DNA of 64,000 nucleotides from an uncultured virus (IMG/VR IMGVR_UViG_3300008117_000060) (Duplodnaviria; Heunggongvirae; Uroviricota; Caudoviricetes), in IMG/VR virus record IMGVR_UViG_3300008117_000060, one strand, 5' to 3'. Position 1 is the stretch's first letter; each line of letters opens with the position of its first letter. Positions 17,653 through 28,900 of this stretch are shown here, in pieces. The notes under the pieces were generated by a model, which did no database searches, was not told where the DNA came from, and saw only the letters and a program-made list of their open reading frames with translations. Made by a program: the position numbers and the translations under genes.

Positions 17653-17685
17653 AAAAAACCCCGCTCTTTCGAGCGGGGTTTTTTT
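17653..17685. terminator. Bidirectional intrinsic terminator
   Basis: A6-CCCCGCTC-TTTC-GAGCGGGG-T7 between convergent genes. Confidence 0.9.
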
Positions 17686-17695
17686 GTGTTGCACA

Positions 17696-18841
17696 TTAGA
17701 ATGCGCGAGCGGATGCACCTGAGAAGTAGATACCGTGAACAGTGTCGTTAGGACCACCAATTTGAGTGGAGAAGCTAAGGTCAACACTCTTGTTGGAGCC
17801 AATGTCAGAAGAGTAGCTTTCGCTATTGAGACGAGCGGCTGCAAAGGTGTATTTCACAGCAGGAGTGCTTGTTCCAGGCTGATTAATGGTGAGAGTGATG
17901 TCTCTTTCGGTTCCATCATCAATCATATCAGCAAGGTTACGAGCTTGAACTTCATTCACAAGAGCGTTCACAGTCATTGTGGCAGTCACAGGGAAGTCAG
18001 TTACGCGAGCGAACGCGAAACGGCTACCAAGACGCTCAATTGGAGTGCGGCTCATTGGGAGTGCAATGCTGACGCTTTGAATGTTGATTGCATTAGAAGA
18101 ATTGTCAACAGTGGAGGTTGGAGTGCCGCCAGTGCCAGTGAATCCACCAAAGCTTAGGCTAATATCACCAGGGCGAAGAGCGGTTACGCCGTCACCTGTG
18201 GTTGGAACAGGAAGCTTAACATAGTCTCCAGTGCCAGTGAATAGTTTGGTTCCGAGTGCTGGATTGATTGCTGGAGTATTGAAACCAGTAACATTGCCAT
18301 TTACGTCATAGGTTGCAGCGTTAAAGCCAAGACCTTCGACGGAGACGGAAACGGTTGGTAGGTCGCCTACAGCAGCATTAAGGGTATAATCAGTAATGAA
18401 ACCGTTACCAATACCAATGATGCCTTTGCCGCTAAGAGCGGTGGCTGGAGTATTGTCGTAGTTAAGGTCAATGCCTTCGCTATCGGTTACAATGAAGAAG
18501 TTAATGCCAGAAGAGCTAACCATTTGGCCTGATGCAAAGTTACCAACGGTTGTTGGACCAGCAGAACCGCCAGTTCCTTGCATATAGAAACCAAGAGCGG
18601 ATTCATTGAATCCATCAGCTAGATAGTATGAGAAGTCCAAGCTCACAGTCGGAGACTGTAGAACAAGAGCATCAATACGAGCAAGCTGCCCAAATTGGTT
18701 TACGTCTTGACGAGTGATTTCAAAGCTGTAGTTAGCGCTTTGCACACGTTTTAGCTGCTTGTGTTCCGCAGCAGTTTTAGATGAGAGTCCGCTGCTTACA
18801 AACAGCCCTTCAGATTGATAGATTACGCGATTTCTTGCCAT
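17696..18841 (-). CDS. Major tail tube protein
   Basis: Strong codon bias; RVQSANYSFEITRQDVNQFG; beta-rich; next to neck genes. Confidence 0.65.
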   Translation of the reverse strand: MARNRVIYQSEGLFVSSGLSSKTAAEHKQLKRVQSANYSFEITRQDVNQFGQLARIDALVLQSPTVSLDFSYYLADGFNESALGFYMQGTGGSAGPTTVGNFASGQMVSSSGINFFIVTDSEGIDLNYDNTPATALSGKGIIGIGNGFITDYTLNAAVGDLPTVSVSVEGLGFNAATYDVNGNVTGFNTPAINPALGTKLFTGTGDYVKLPVPTTGDGVTALRPGDISLSFGGFTGTGGTPTSTVDNSSNAINIQSVSIALPMSRTPIERLGSRFAFARVTDFPVTATMTVNALVNEVQARNLADMIDDGTERDITLTINQPGTSTPAVKYTFAAARLNSESYSSDIGSNKSVDLSFSTQIGGPNDTVHGIYFSGASARAF

Positions 18842-18886
18842 AAAAGAAAGTTTGCTTTATTTACAGTTAAATCAAGCGAATGAGAA

Positions 18887-19759
18887 CTAGATTCTAGGAT
18901 ACCTCATGATTGAGACATCAAAATCAATAAAACCAACATACAAATCATTCACTAATGACTTGCGCGGTTTGTCGCTCATTTTGGAAGTTTTTACCCTATC
19001 AACAAAATATTTATTGTTGTTGATGTATTGGTTCTTTAAGTTTTGATAATTATAATAGCCGCTCTTTAAATCTCCATACTCTGTAAGTGGATAGTTGTCA
19101 AAAGGAATATCAACAATGCATTCATTTTTAGAATCTGCAAAAATAGAGAGCACGCCATCTAATTGATAAGGATTTTCCGCAATCACCACAGCATTTAGGT
19201 TGGTCATTGTTTGGTCCATGCCGCCAAAAGCAAAAGGCTTGTTTTCAAAAGCTGCGTTGCAAATATAGATAGCTGGAACAACTTGGTCGTATGGTTGGGA
19301 GTAAGTTGGGTTTAGATTTGTTCCAATCTGACTCTGAGGAATAAACTTGTTTTCCACAAGAAGGTCTTCCTCATTTTCATTGGTATAATAAACATTAAAA
19401 TCTTTGACAGCAAAAGAGCCTGTGACGGTTGCTCCAGTTGCAGCGCCACTAATAAGAGCGCGACCATTTTCAAAGTCAAGAATTCTTGGGCTTGTTGAAT
19501 TGCTTGCTCCAGTTGCTCGGCCAACAAACGATCCATTCACGAAAACACCAGAAGGAATTGTGGCTCCAGAGATTGAATAATCAGAAACCCACTGTTTGTA
19601 AGGACTGCCAAAAACTTTGTATTCGGTTGGTAGTCTTTCGTCTTGATAATAGTAAAAACGCCCCGTTGTATTTGTGTACGCTTGACCTTTGGTAAGCAAG
19701 TAATTGTCGAACCAGAGAACAAAAGATGAAGCGAGTTTGTGTTGAAATTGGGGAATCAT
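18887..19759 (-). CDS. Probable tail terminator/neck protein
   Basis: Position upstream of tube; VPAIYI. Confidence 0.45.
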   Translation of the reverse strand: MIPQFQHKLASSFVLWFDNYLLTKGQAYTNTTGRFYYYQDERLPTEYKVFGSPYKQWVSDYSISGATIPSGVFVNGSFVGRATGASNSTSPRILDFENGRALISGAATGATVTGSFAVKDFNVYYTNENEEDLLVENKFIPQSQIGTNLNPTYSQPYDQVVPAIYICNAAFENKPFAFGGMDQTMTNLNAVVIAENPYQLDGVLSIFADSKNECIVDIPFDNYPLTEYGDLKSGYYNYQNLKNQYINNNKYFVDRVKTSKMSDKPRKSLVNDLYVGFIDFDVSIMRYPRI

Positions 19760-20379
19760 AGAATACCTGTCAAAACTACAGTATTGTTAATTTGTTGGAA
19801 CCTTTTAGCATATTTATTTATGAGGGCAGAAATATACGGAGTATTTTTAAACTTACCTTTTCTAATTACACTTTCGGTTTCAATACCCGCTCCTGAACGA
19901 CTATTATTGGAATTAATATTTAAATAATAGCCAAAGCCAGAAATGCCGCGCTCAATGCCCTCTGCCCAACTGCGTCCGCTTGCCCAAGGCATCGGAGTCA
20001 CAGAAAAAATATCTTCCTTGGAAGGTATAAGAATTTTCATTAAAAACCCAGTATCGGTTTCTCGATCAAGCTCTATTCTGGCTGACTGTAAAACATCTAC
20101 GATTGAGTCTAGCGGAGAATCGCCCTCATTAAAACCAATAAAAGAAAAAAGATTACCATAACCATTCAAAGTGCCGCTAGAGTTTTGTGCGCTTGGTCCA
20201 CCCACAATTTCAATTGAAACTGGATGCAGTAAAAATTCCTCAAGCATTTCTTGCTTGATTTTATTAAAAGCATCAGTGATTCTCTGCTGAAAAGCTCTCT
20301 TGTTTTTCTTAACAACTTCGCGAACAACAAAGTTAGTTAATTCTTTTTCGAAGCTTTTTGATGTTGCTTTTTTAGCCAT
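19756..20379 (-). CDS. Probable neck/tail completion protein
   Basis: Position; WAEGIERG. Confidence 0.45.
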   Translation of the reverse strand: MAKKATSKSFEKELTNFVVREVVKKNKRAFQQRITDAFNKIKQEMLEEFLLHPVSIEIVGGPSAQNSSGTLNGYGNLFSFIGFNEGDSPLDSIVDVLQSARIELDRETDTGFLMKILIPSKEDIFSVTPMPWASGRSWAEGIERGISGFGYYLNINSNNSRSGAGIETESVIRKGKFKNTPYISALINKYAKRFQQINNTVVLTGIL

Positions 20380-20840
20380 TATTCGTCCATTGGAATTAAA
20401 ATAAACTCATAATATTGCGGCCCAAACATGCCAAGCGGTTTGCCATCGCTCTTGATGGAAAAACGCCGCCCATCAAGTTCAACTCTTTTTGCTTCGCGAA
20501 CATATTCGTAGCCTTCTAAATTTACTTTAATTTTTACGGTTCCAGCAGGAAGAATAATTTTATCTTGACCAGAGGAATAAGAAGAATTAGATGAAGAGTC
20601 TTGCAGAAGCTCTTCGTTCATTTCCACATATTTAATTCTTGCTTGGAAAGTTTGGGAAACCTCTGTAGTGCTGGTATTGGAAGATTGCTGACGATAAAGA
20701 GCATTGTAAGTTGGCGAGGAAGCAATCACAGTTCTTTGCCCAATTTTGAAAACAGTAATCTCGCGAGCAAAAGTGTCGTGGATTTGATCAATGATTGATT
20801 TAATGTTATTTTTTTGGTTTTGTGATAAAAATCCAGCCAT
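20379..20840 (-). CDS. Probable head-closure protein
   Basis: RVELDGRRFSI beta-barrel pattern; position. Confidence 0.5.
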   Translation of the reverse strand: MAGFLSQNQKNNIKSIIDQIHDTFAREITVFKIGQRTVIASSPTYNALYRQQSSNTSTTEVSQTFQARIKYVEMNEELLQDSSSNSSYSSGQDKIILPAGTVKIKVNLEGYEYVREAKRVELDGRRFSIKSDGKPLGMFGPQYYEFILIPMDE

Positions 20841-20887
20841 ATTATTTATTTTTACACTTATTGTTTTATTATAATTAGGTATAAGGC

Positions 20888-21178
20888 ATGAACGCGAAAA
20901 AAATCTTATCTCGTCGTTATAACGACAACACTACAAATCTCTTTAAGCAATTCCTGCGAATTGTGGAAGAGTTAAAAAGAGATCACGACGATTCCTACAG
21001 GAAGCTTCGTCAAAATTTGCCACAGGAATATTCTTCTGTTTTAAACATGGGAGACTACTTCGATGACAATAAAATGTCTTATATTAGAAAAAAGATTTTG
21101 GATTTGGGCAACGAGACAATGCGTTCCTCAGACTCAGAATTAAATAATTTTACTGTAAGTTTTGTTTTTAAAGATTAA
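20888..21178 (+). CDS. Hypothetical protein
   Basis: 96-aa ORF. Confidence 0.65.
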   Translation: MNAKKILSRRYNDNTTNLFKQFLRIVEELKRDHDDSYRKLRQNLPQEYSSVLNMGDYFDDNKMSYIRKKILDLGNETMRSSDSELNNFTVSFVFKD

Positions 21179-21193
21179 TATATAACAAGGAAT

Positions 21194-22012
21194 ATGGAAT
21201 TCAAAGACATTTATAATTTTACTGTTTATGAAACAGTCGAAAAACCAGTCGAGTCTGTCTCTAAAGATGAGCAGGGTAACGAGGTAAAGGTCACTAAAAA
21301 GGTGAGCGAAAAGTCTCCCATGAAAGTGTTTCTTAAAAAGCCTTCGCGCCGTCAAATCGAGGAAGCTGACTTGGAATACAGCGTGGAAATGTCACGCTGC
21401 GTCAAAAAAGGCGTGCTTACCAAAGCTATGCTTGTTAAAAAGTACTCTGATACTGGAGGTTTAATGAGTGAGGAAGAAGCAAAAGCCCTCTATCAAAATT
21501 ATCAAAAGCTTCTTGAACTACAGCGCGAATACACTGAAAACGAAACAATCAACAAGAAGGAAGAAAGTCGCCAAAAGAAGTTTGAAGAACTTGGCCTTGA
21601 AATGGCCAAAGTTCGCGACAAGATTGTGAAAACTGAAATGGCTTATCAGTCTCTTTTTGATCACACTGCTGACATGAAGGCGCAGAACCGTCTTCTTCTC
21701 TGGTATATCATTAATCTCACTTACATTCAAAAAGAAGGAGAGGACAAGCCAAAACCATATTTTAGCGGCGAAGATTTTGATGAGCGTCTTGAAGACTATT
21801 ATCAAAAAGAAGAGCAAGAAGATAAACTTTATTTTGAAATCGCTCGCAAGGTTTCTAATGTCGCTGCTTTCTGGTTCTATAACCAAGGTGCTCAAAAACA
21901 AGAGTTCGACAATTTATTTGAAGATAAAGAGGACAGCGAAACCGAAAGCGAAGCTGTCGTTGAAGAATCTCCCAAAGAGAACGCGCCCAAAAAGAAAAAA
22001 GTTAAGTCTTGA
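21194..22012 (+). CDS. Probable tail assembly chaperone
   Basis: Charged helical ORF upstream of the tape measure gene. Confidence 0.5.
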   Translation: MEFKDIYNFTVYETVEKPVESVSKDEQGNEVKVTKKVSEKSPMKVFLKKPSRRQIEEADLEYSVEMSRCVKKGVLTKAMLVKKYSDTGGLMSEEEAKALYQNYQKLLELQREYTENETINKKEESRQKKFEELGLEMAKVRDKIVKTEMAYQSLFDHTADMKAQNRLLLWYIINLTYIQKEGEDKPKPYFSGEDFDERLEDYYQKEEQEDKLYFEIARKVSNVAAFWFYNQGAQKQEFDNLFEDKEDSETESEAVVEESPKENAPKKKKVKS

Positions 22013-22989
22013 ATGACAATTTTTACATAGAAATTGTAAACGAGATTTTTGATGGATATACACGGTTTGATTTCAATGATCAAACCGTGTTTTTGCGCCA
22101 TTTTAGCTTAAAAGATCAAGAGTTCTTAAATAAAAGCTTTGATCGTCATAAAAACCGTGCGGTCGGAAAAGGCATTCAAGAAGAGAAAGATGTTTTAGAA
22201 AGGCTAGATAGAGATGGAACTTGGACAAAAGATGATGAATTAAAAATTTCCGAAGCTGAGAGTTATATTCAAAACTTGGAAAAAACCAAGAGCAAGCTTG
22301 TGCTTCCATCTCAAAAGGAAAGCCATCAAAAACTCATTGATGAAGAAAAGTTTAAATTGCTAGAATTAAAAATGCAAAAGAAACAACTTATTGGTAAAAC
22401 AGCAACAGAATACGCCAATACTCGCTCAAACGAAGACTTTCTAAGAAATCTCCTATATTCTGATGCAGAGTTTAAAAAGCAGCACTTTTCTGATGATGAG
22501 TTTGGAGAATTAGACGATTCTGAACTCTCTTCTCTCATGAATTCATATTATGGAATAATGAATAAATTTGCCGACGAGAATATTCAACACGCTGTTTTGC
22601 AAGACTGTTTCAGCTTGTATTTGCCGCATTGTGAAAAACCTTGGGATTTTTTCACGAAGCCATTAACAAGGTTTTCTCTTTATCAGTTAAAGATTATTGC
22701 TTATGGGCGCATGTTTTTAAACATTTTCCAGAATGTTGACAAGATTCCAGACTCTATTCGCAAAGACCCCAAAGCTCTCATTGATTTTGCTGAAAGCAGT
22801 CGCAATAAAGAAAAACTTTCAAACGCCGCAAAAGACAATTCTGCCACTGCTCTTTTTGGCGCGAAAAAAGAAGATTTAGAATTTGTTGATCCAGAGGCAA
22901 AGAAGATGTCTCTCTCCGAGCTATTGAAGAAAAATGGTGGACAATTAAATATGGAACAAATGATGGAAGTTATGGGACAGAAGGTGTAA
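22009..22989 (+). CDS. Probable second tail assembly chaperone
   Basis: Helical ORF directly upstream of the tape measure gene. Confidence 0.5.
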   Translation: MNDNFYIEIVNEIFDGYTRFDFNDQTVFLRHFSLKDQEFLNKSFDRHKNRAVGKGIQEEKDVLERLDRDGTWTKDDELKISEAESYIQNLEKTKSKLVLPSQKESHQKLIDEEKFKLLELKMQKKQLIGKTATEYANTRSNEDFLRNLLYSDAEFKKQHFSDDEFGELDDSELSSLMNSYYGIMNKFADENIQHAVLQDCFSLYLPHCEKPWDFFTKPLTRFSLYQLKIIAYGRMFLNIFQNVDKIPDSIRKDPKALIDFAESSRNKEKLSNAAKDNSATALFGAKKEDLEFVDPEAKKMSLSELLKKNGGQLNMEQMMEVMGQKV

Positions 22990-23010
22990 TAACCTTTTAA
23001 GGAATAAGGT

Positions 23011-25971
23011 ATGGCTATTAATGTCCCTCTTAACGCTCAACTTCAAAATGCAACGCAGTTACAACAGCAAGTTCAAAACGCTGTTAACGCTGTTAGAATT
23101 AACTTGGGTGGTGCAAATGGCGCAAGATCGCTCAGTGCTCTTTCTCAACCTCTTGGCCGTTTAACTGGACAAGCTGATGAATTTACCAAGTCTCTTGATG
23201 CTGCGAATGCTCGCGTGCTCGCTTTCGGTGCTTCTGTTGGTGTTGTTAATGCCGTCTCGAATGCTTTTAAAGCATTAGTTAGCTCTACAATTGAAGTTGA
23301 GAAAGCTCTTACAGAAATTTCTGTTGTGGGTGATCAATTTAGAGGCGGATTAAAAGATATAGGAACTGGACTTTTTGATATTGCAAAACAAACTGGTCAA
23401 AGTTTTGGAGAGGTTTCTAAAGCCGCTCTCGAATTTGCTCGTCAAGGTTTAAGCTTGGAAGACACGCTTCAACGCACAAAAGACGCTCTTATTCTTACAA
23501 GAACAACAGGATTAGACGCTGCAAAATCAGTTGATGGCTTGACTGCTGCCGTAAATGCTTTCTCTAAAGCTGGATTATCTACAACTCAAGTTTTAAATAA
23601 ACTTGCCGCAGTTGACCAAGCTTTCGCTGTGTCATCTGCCGACCTAATTGAAGCATTTCAAAGAACTGGTGCCGTTGCTCAACAAGCTGGTGTTTCATTT
23701 GATGAACTTGCTGGTATCGTTACAGCGCTACAAACTGAAACGTCTCGCGGTGGTGCTGTTATTGGTAACGCTTTAAAAACAATTTTTTCTCGATTACAAG
23801 ACACTTCAATACTTACACAGTTACAAAATTTAGGTATTGCGGTGCAAGACTTACAAGGCAATGTTTTGCCAGCCCGACAAATTCTTCAAAATCTTGCTGG
23901 AGACGTTCAAGGATTGAGTAAGCTGACTCAGGCTGGTATTTTTAAGGATGTTGCTGGAACTTTCCAACTTAACCAATTGGTTTCTTTGCTTGGAGATTTA
24001 AATAAAGAGCAGAGCATTTCTGCTGCTGCAACAGCAAAGTCTGCTCAAGCTACAAATGAAGCCTATAACGCCAACGAAAGACTTAATCAATCTCTTGATG
24101 CAATTTTAAATAAGGTTGCTACAACAGGCAAACAACTTGGTGCTTTATTGGGAGAAATTGGTTTGAGCGACAATCTTAAAGATATTTTAGATGGAGTTAA
24201 TAATTTTATCGAACAAGTTACCGATGTTCTTCAAGGAGATGATCTTGGTTCTAAATTTGCCAAAGGCATTGTTAAGGGAATTGGTTCTGTATTGAGTGGT
24301 CCAGGTTTGATGGTGTTTTTAGCCATTGTTGCCAAACTTTCTTTTGATTTGGCGAAATTTGGTGTTCAAAGTTTAAAAACATTTTTTAATATTGGTAAAG
24401 CGGCCAATGATCAAAAACAGATTCAAGAATCTATTGTTCAGGTCTTGTTAAAAAATCAAAATGTTTTAAATCAAATTCTATCCACTCAAGGTGGACAAAA
24501 TGCTCAAGCACAAGCATTTCTTGGAATTTTAAATCAACAAGCTGCTGCCATGCAAACCATTCAAGGTTTGGCTGGTAATATTGCTGGAACAGTTTATGGT
24601 GCTGGATACCGCCAAACAGGACAAGGATTAGCTAGAAGATCGGCTGGAGGTTATCTTCCCGCACAAGAAGCGGCGGATGTTCGCCGTGGTGTTGGTGGCG
24701 CTTCGCCAAGCTCTAAAGTTGTTGCCATTCCAAACTTTGCGTTTGGTGGCGGCAAGCGCGGCACAATGATTGCCAACACTAGCGAATATATTGTTCCTAA
24801 CTATGCTGGTGGCGGCTCCGCCATCTTTAATCCAGACATGGTAAAAACTATGGGTTTACCCGCTGGAGCCAAAAAGATTAGCGCGGCTGGTGGATTTATA
24901 CCTAATTTTACAGAAAAAGCTAAAGACTTTTCAAAAAAATATGCATTAATCACTAATAATGTAGGTGACACAGCTTTGGGAGCAACTTTTTCTTATAAAC
25001 CAAAAGGCGCAGAAGAACCAGTTTTTTATAAAGCTAATATTTATGGGATTGATCCGTCTAAATTGGAAGCAAAAGACGGCTCTAACATCTACTTTAAAAG
25101 ATTTTCATCAAATGAGTTAGAGAGAAGATATACGTCTTTTGCGGTTAAAGATGCTAAAAATTTCGCTGAAAAAGCGATTGGATTGCCAATTAGTCCAGTT
25201 TCTATACAGAATTTAACCAATGCTGGCTCCGTCCCTTCTGTAGTTGGCACTATTTTTGAAACTGCTATCCAATCAATATTGACCGACGAAGAACTTATTA
25301 AGAGAATTCGGGACGATAATCAAAACGCTTTATTTGATTTCGTTTCTCCAGCTACAGCAAAAATAGGTCAATTATTTGGTATCAAAGAAAATATTCCCTA
25401 TCTTGAAGCTAAATCTAGTGCTTCTAAAGATGCGAGAAAAAGTTTTGCGAAAAAAATCTATCAAGAAGAGTTAAGGGGAAATCCAATGCTGTCTTCAAAA
25501 AAAGATTTACATCGAAAAATATCTGGACCGCCTTTAACAATTAGGCCAGGTAATTTTAGTGAACAATTGCAGAAAGTAAGCGGAAAAAATTTCAAAGCCA
25601 TAAACTTAACTCCCGAACAAATTAATCAATTGGAGAAAGCTGGCGGTCAACTTAAAAGCAGTTCTCAACAAGGCGCATTAGGCTACATTCCAAACTTTGC
25701 TGCTTCCGCCCTTCAAGATGCTATAACTCGCGAAAAAAGAGCAGGGCTATCAGGTTCTCAAATCTACATTGATCAAAATCCCTCATTAAAATCACCACAG
25801 AATCCAATGGGATTAATGGTCGCAAATACTCGCGACGAACCTTTTGGTGGAATTCAAGGTATTTCACGCGCACGCAAGGAAGGCATGAATCCAAAACTTT
25901 ATGGTGCGGCAAATGGATTCATACCAAATTTCTTTAGTTTTACAGGGGGAGCTTCACAAAGGGCTTGGTGA
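23011..25971 (+). CDS. Tape measure protein, N-terminal ORF
   Basis: TP901-type region (EFARQG, GAVIGNALKTIFSRL), then GFIPNF repeats. Confidence 0.85.
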   Translation: MAINVPLNAQLQNATQLQQQVQNAVNAVRINLGGANGARSLSALSQPLGRLTGQADEFTKSLDAANARVLAFGASVGVVNAVSNAFKALVSSTIEVEKALTEISVVGDQFRGGLKDIGTGLFDIAKQTGQSFGEVSKAALEFARQGLSLEDTLQRTKDALILTRTTGLDAAKSVDGLTAAVNAFSKAGLSTTQVLNKLAAVDQAFAVSSADLIEAFQRTGAVAQQAGVSFDELAGIVTALQTETSRGGAVIGNALKTIFSRLQDTSILTQLQNLGIAVQDLQGNVLPARQILQNLAGDVQGLSKLTQAGIFKDVAGTFQLNQLVSLLGDLNKEQSISAAATAKSAQATNEAYNANERLNQSLDAILNKVATTGKQLGALLGEIGLSDNLKDILDGVNNFIEQVTDVLQGDDLGSKFAKGIVKGIGSVLSGPGLMVFLAIVAKLSFDLAKFGVQSLKTFFNIGKAANDQKQIQESIVQVLLKNQNVLNQILSTQGGQNAQAQAFLGILNQQAAAMQTIQGLAGNIAGTVYGAGYRQTGQGLARRSAGGYLPAQEAADVRRGVGGASPSSKVVAIPNFAFGGGKRGTMIANTSEYIVPNYAGGGSAIFNPDMVKTMGLPAGAKKISAAGGFIPNFTEKAKDFSKKYALITNNVGDTALGATFSYKPKGAEEPVFYKANIYGIDPSKLEAKDGSNIYFKRFSSNELERRYTSFAVKDAKNFAEKAIGLPISPVSIQNLTNAGSVPSVVGTIFETAIQSILTDEELIKRIRDDNQNALFDFVSPATAKIGQLFGIKENIPYLEAKSSASKDARKSFAKKIYQEELRGNPMLSSKKDLHRKISGPPLTIRPGNFSEQLQKVSGKNFKAINLTPEQINQLEKAGGQLKSSSQQGALGYIPNFAASALQDAITREKRAGLSGSQIYIDQNPSLKSPQNPMGLMVANTRDEPFGGIQGISRARKEGMNPKLYGAANGFIPNFFSFTGGASQRAW

Positions 25972-28900
25972 TTTAGCTGGTAAGTTTATTGTTTTACAAT
26001 CAGCATTATCATTTTTCCAAGGAGGATTTACAGAGGCGGGTAGTGTTGCAGAAAAATTTTCAACAGGTTTACAAACTGCCGTGTCAGCAGTGTTCGCTTA
26101 TCAGGCAATTACGCAACTCAGAGCAAAACAAGAAAAAAGCGAACTTTTGGCATCTTCTGCACGACGAATGAGGTTGTCTCAAAAAGGCATGTCTATAGAA
26201 GCGGCTGGTACTTTAAGGGGTGGAGCGATAGGTAGCTTACAAAAAGGCTACGGAAAGACAATGGGCCGTCTTTCAACAGCTACATTAGGTGGTGCAACTG
26301 GCGCTGTTGCATTAGCTGGTATAGTTGGAAAAGGCTTCAATGATATAGCTTCTTTATTTTATAATAAAAGTCCAAAAGTTGCTGGTGCGCTCGATCTTTT
26401 AACTAATGCAGCAGATAAAGCGGCAAATTCTTTATCTCAGACGGATAAAGCTATAGTGAAACGAGGTATAACTGATCTTAATTATACTTCAGGAATGGAC
26501 ACGGTGTTAAATTCTCTTTTGGTATTGAATCCATTAAGGGCGGGAAGAGAAGGTGTTTCCCTAAGCCCTGGAAAAAAATATGAAGAACAAATTACCACTA
26601 AGCCGACAGTATTAGCTGGAGGTCAAACAGCAGAGGAATTCAAATCCGCACAGTCTAGTTTATTTAATTTAATTTACTCTAAAAAAAGAACTGGATTAGA
26701 TAAAGGACTTGAAGGAAAAAAATTGGAAGAAGCGCAAGACAAACTCCTAGAAGAAACTCAATTAGAGGTTTTTAGAATTTTTAAAGCAGCTACCACTTTC
26801 TCTTCAATTAGTGGGTTGGAAGAATTAGATTTATCAAAAGTATTTGAAAATACTGTTGTGAAAGATTTAATTAAAAAATCTGATGAAGTTTCAAAAATTT
26901 TAGAAATTCAAACTTCAAATATTGAATTTAATAAACCACTTCAAATCTTTAAAAGAACAATAGAAAACATTATTTTTCAAGGCGCTCAAGATATTGAAGA
27001 CGCTTCTCAAGATTTACAAAGAAGAGCTAAAGTAATTAGTGCAATTACTTCTAGTAAGAGTTTTGCTACTTTAGGAGATTCTTCAAAAATAGCTTTTGAA
27101 ATCAATTCATCATTAGAGCAATTCAATGCAGAATATAATAATAAAATAAAAACATTTTTAAATGAAACCCAAGCGGCATTAAAAGATTATCTGCCAGAAT
27201 TAGGTATTGCTCAAGAAAAAGAAGAACCGATTCGAAAAGCGTTTGAAGCTGTTGGAAAAGCAACAGATCAAAAAGGTTTAGCAGAAGCTCTGAGAGATGT
27301 TGTGAGCCAAATACAGTCTGCTGGCGTATCATTAGATAACGCTAAGTTTCAAGAACTTAAAAATAAAGTTATAAGTTCAACGAATGCATTTTCTAGGTTA
27401 ATTAAAGAACAAGATAATGAGTTAGCAATTTTACAGTTCAACAATCAAGAAAGAATTTTAGAAGCTCAAGCTTATGATACATATCGTAATAATTTAGCTA
27501 ATTTTGTAGATGGAATTATTGAGTCTGAAAAATCACTTATTAAATTAAGAGGGGAAATTGAGAGGATTGATGTTGATAAAGAAACTAATATTGCACGCCG
27601 AACATCTTATGCAATTAGTTCAAGAGAAGCATTACTTATTCGCCAAGAAGAAGAACGTAAAGCTTTTGCCCTTAAACGCCCTAAAGAATTAGAAGCTAAT
27701 TTACAAGAAAAACAAATAGCTGCCGAAAGAGACTTCTTTACAAAAGAAAATATTGCAGAATTAAATCGAAATACAACAGCCCTTGAAAACTTAACAAGTA
27801 TTTTAGCGCAAGATTTTATCAAAAAAATAGATGAAGCTATAAATTTTGTTAATCAAAGCGGCTATGGTCTAGCAGGCGGTGCAGGAGGCGCTGTAAGAGG
27901 TGTTCCTTTTCCAGCAGGTATTAGTAACAATCAACAACTTCTTGATTATTACAATAATCTTAAATCTGCCTATTCTCCTTTATCTACGCGATCTTTTAAT
28001 AATCAAGGTGGATTACAAACAGGGAGTGAGTTTGTTAGACAAATCGTTGCCTCAATACGCCAAGGAAATAACTTGCAAACATTACAAAATGAAATACAAG
28101 GCTTTGACTTGAATCAGGGAGCCAAAGATAGACTCGTTGAATTTGCAAGACAAGTATATGAATCCAGCCAATTACAAGGCGCTACAATGGATCAAACATT
28201 GGAAACAATGGAAAAAAGACTTAAAGGGGAATTAGAAATAAATGATTTAGTTAATAGTTACAATGGTAAATTAAGGGATCAGCTAAGATCAGTTGTAGAT
28301 TCATTAAACGATCCTCAAACCAGAGGGGAGTTTTTATTAAAACAAGGCGTATTAACAAGAGGCGCAAAAGAACTTTCAAAAAGATCGGAGCAAGAAAAAA
28401 GAGATTATCGTTCATCTTTTGGTTATGGTTTTGACGAAGCAATGGATAAGCTTAGAGCTAGAACAGAAGATTTCCGTAATCAACTCGGTCAAGAAATTCC
28501 AGACCTATTCTCTCAAAATCTTGCGCAAGGATTGAATGATGCAATCTCTGGAGCAAAAGACCTCAAAACAGCTCTTACTGATGCGGCCACAGCCTTCTTC
28601 CAAGAAATTACGCGTAAGAATATTTCTAATCTTGCTGATTTAGCAACAAGAGGATTAGGAAGTTTAGCGCAAACTGGATTTGGTGCTTTGGGTTTTGCTT
28701 CTGGTGGTTTTATTAAAGGAGGTTCTGGAACCAGAGATGATGTTCCAGCAATGCTCATGGGCGGTGAATATGTTGTTAAGAAGTCTGCTGTGAACAAATA
28801 CGGAAAAGGTTTCTTTGATGCTATTAACAGTGGCAGAATGCGTGGCTATGCCGCTGGCGGCATGGTTGACCCACAAACTTTCCCAACGCAAACTGGTCGC

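Noticed and set aside
25969..25983. TGA readthrough or alternative genetic code explaining the split tape measure gene
   Set aside because: The downstream ORF is in another frame, an in-frame TAA follows within four codons, and other genes are intact in the standard code.
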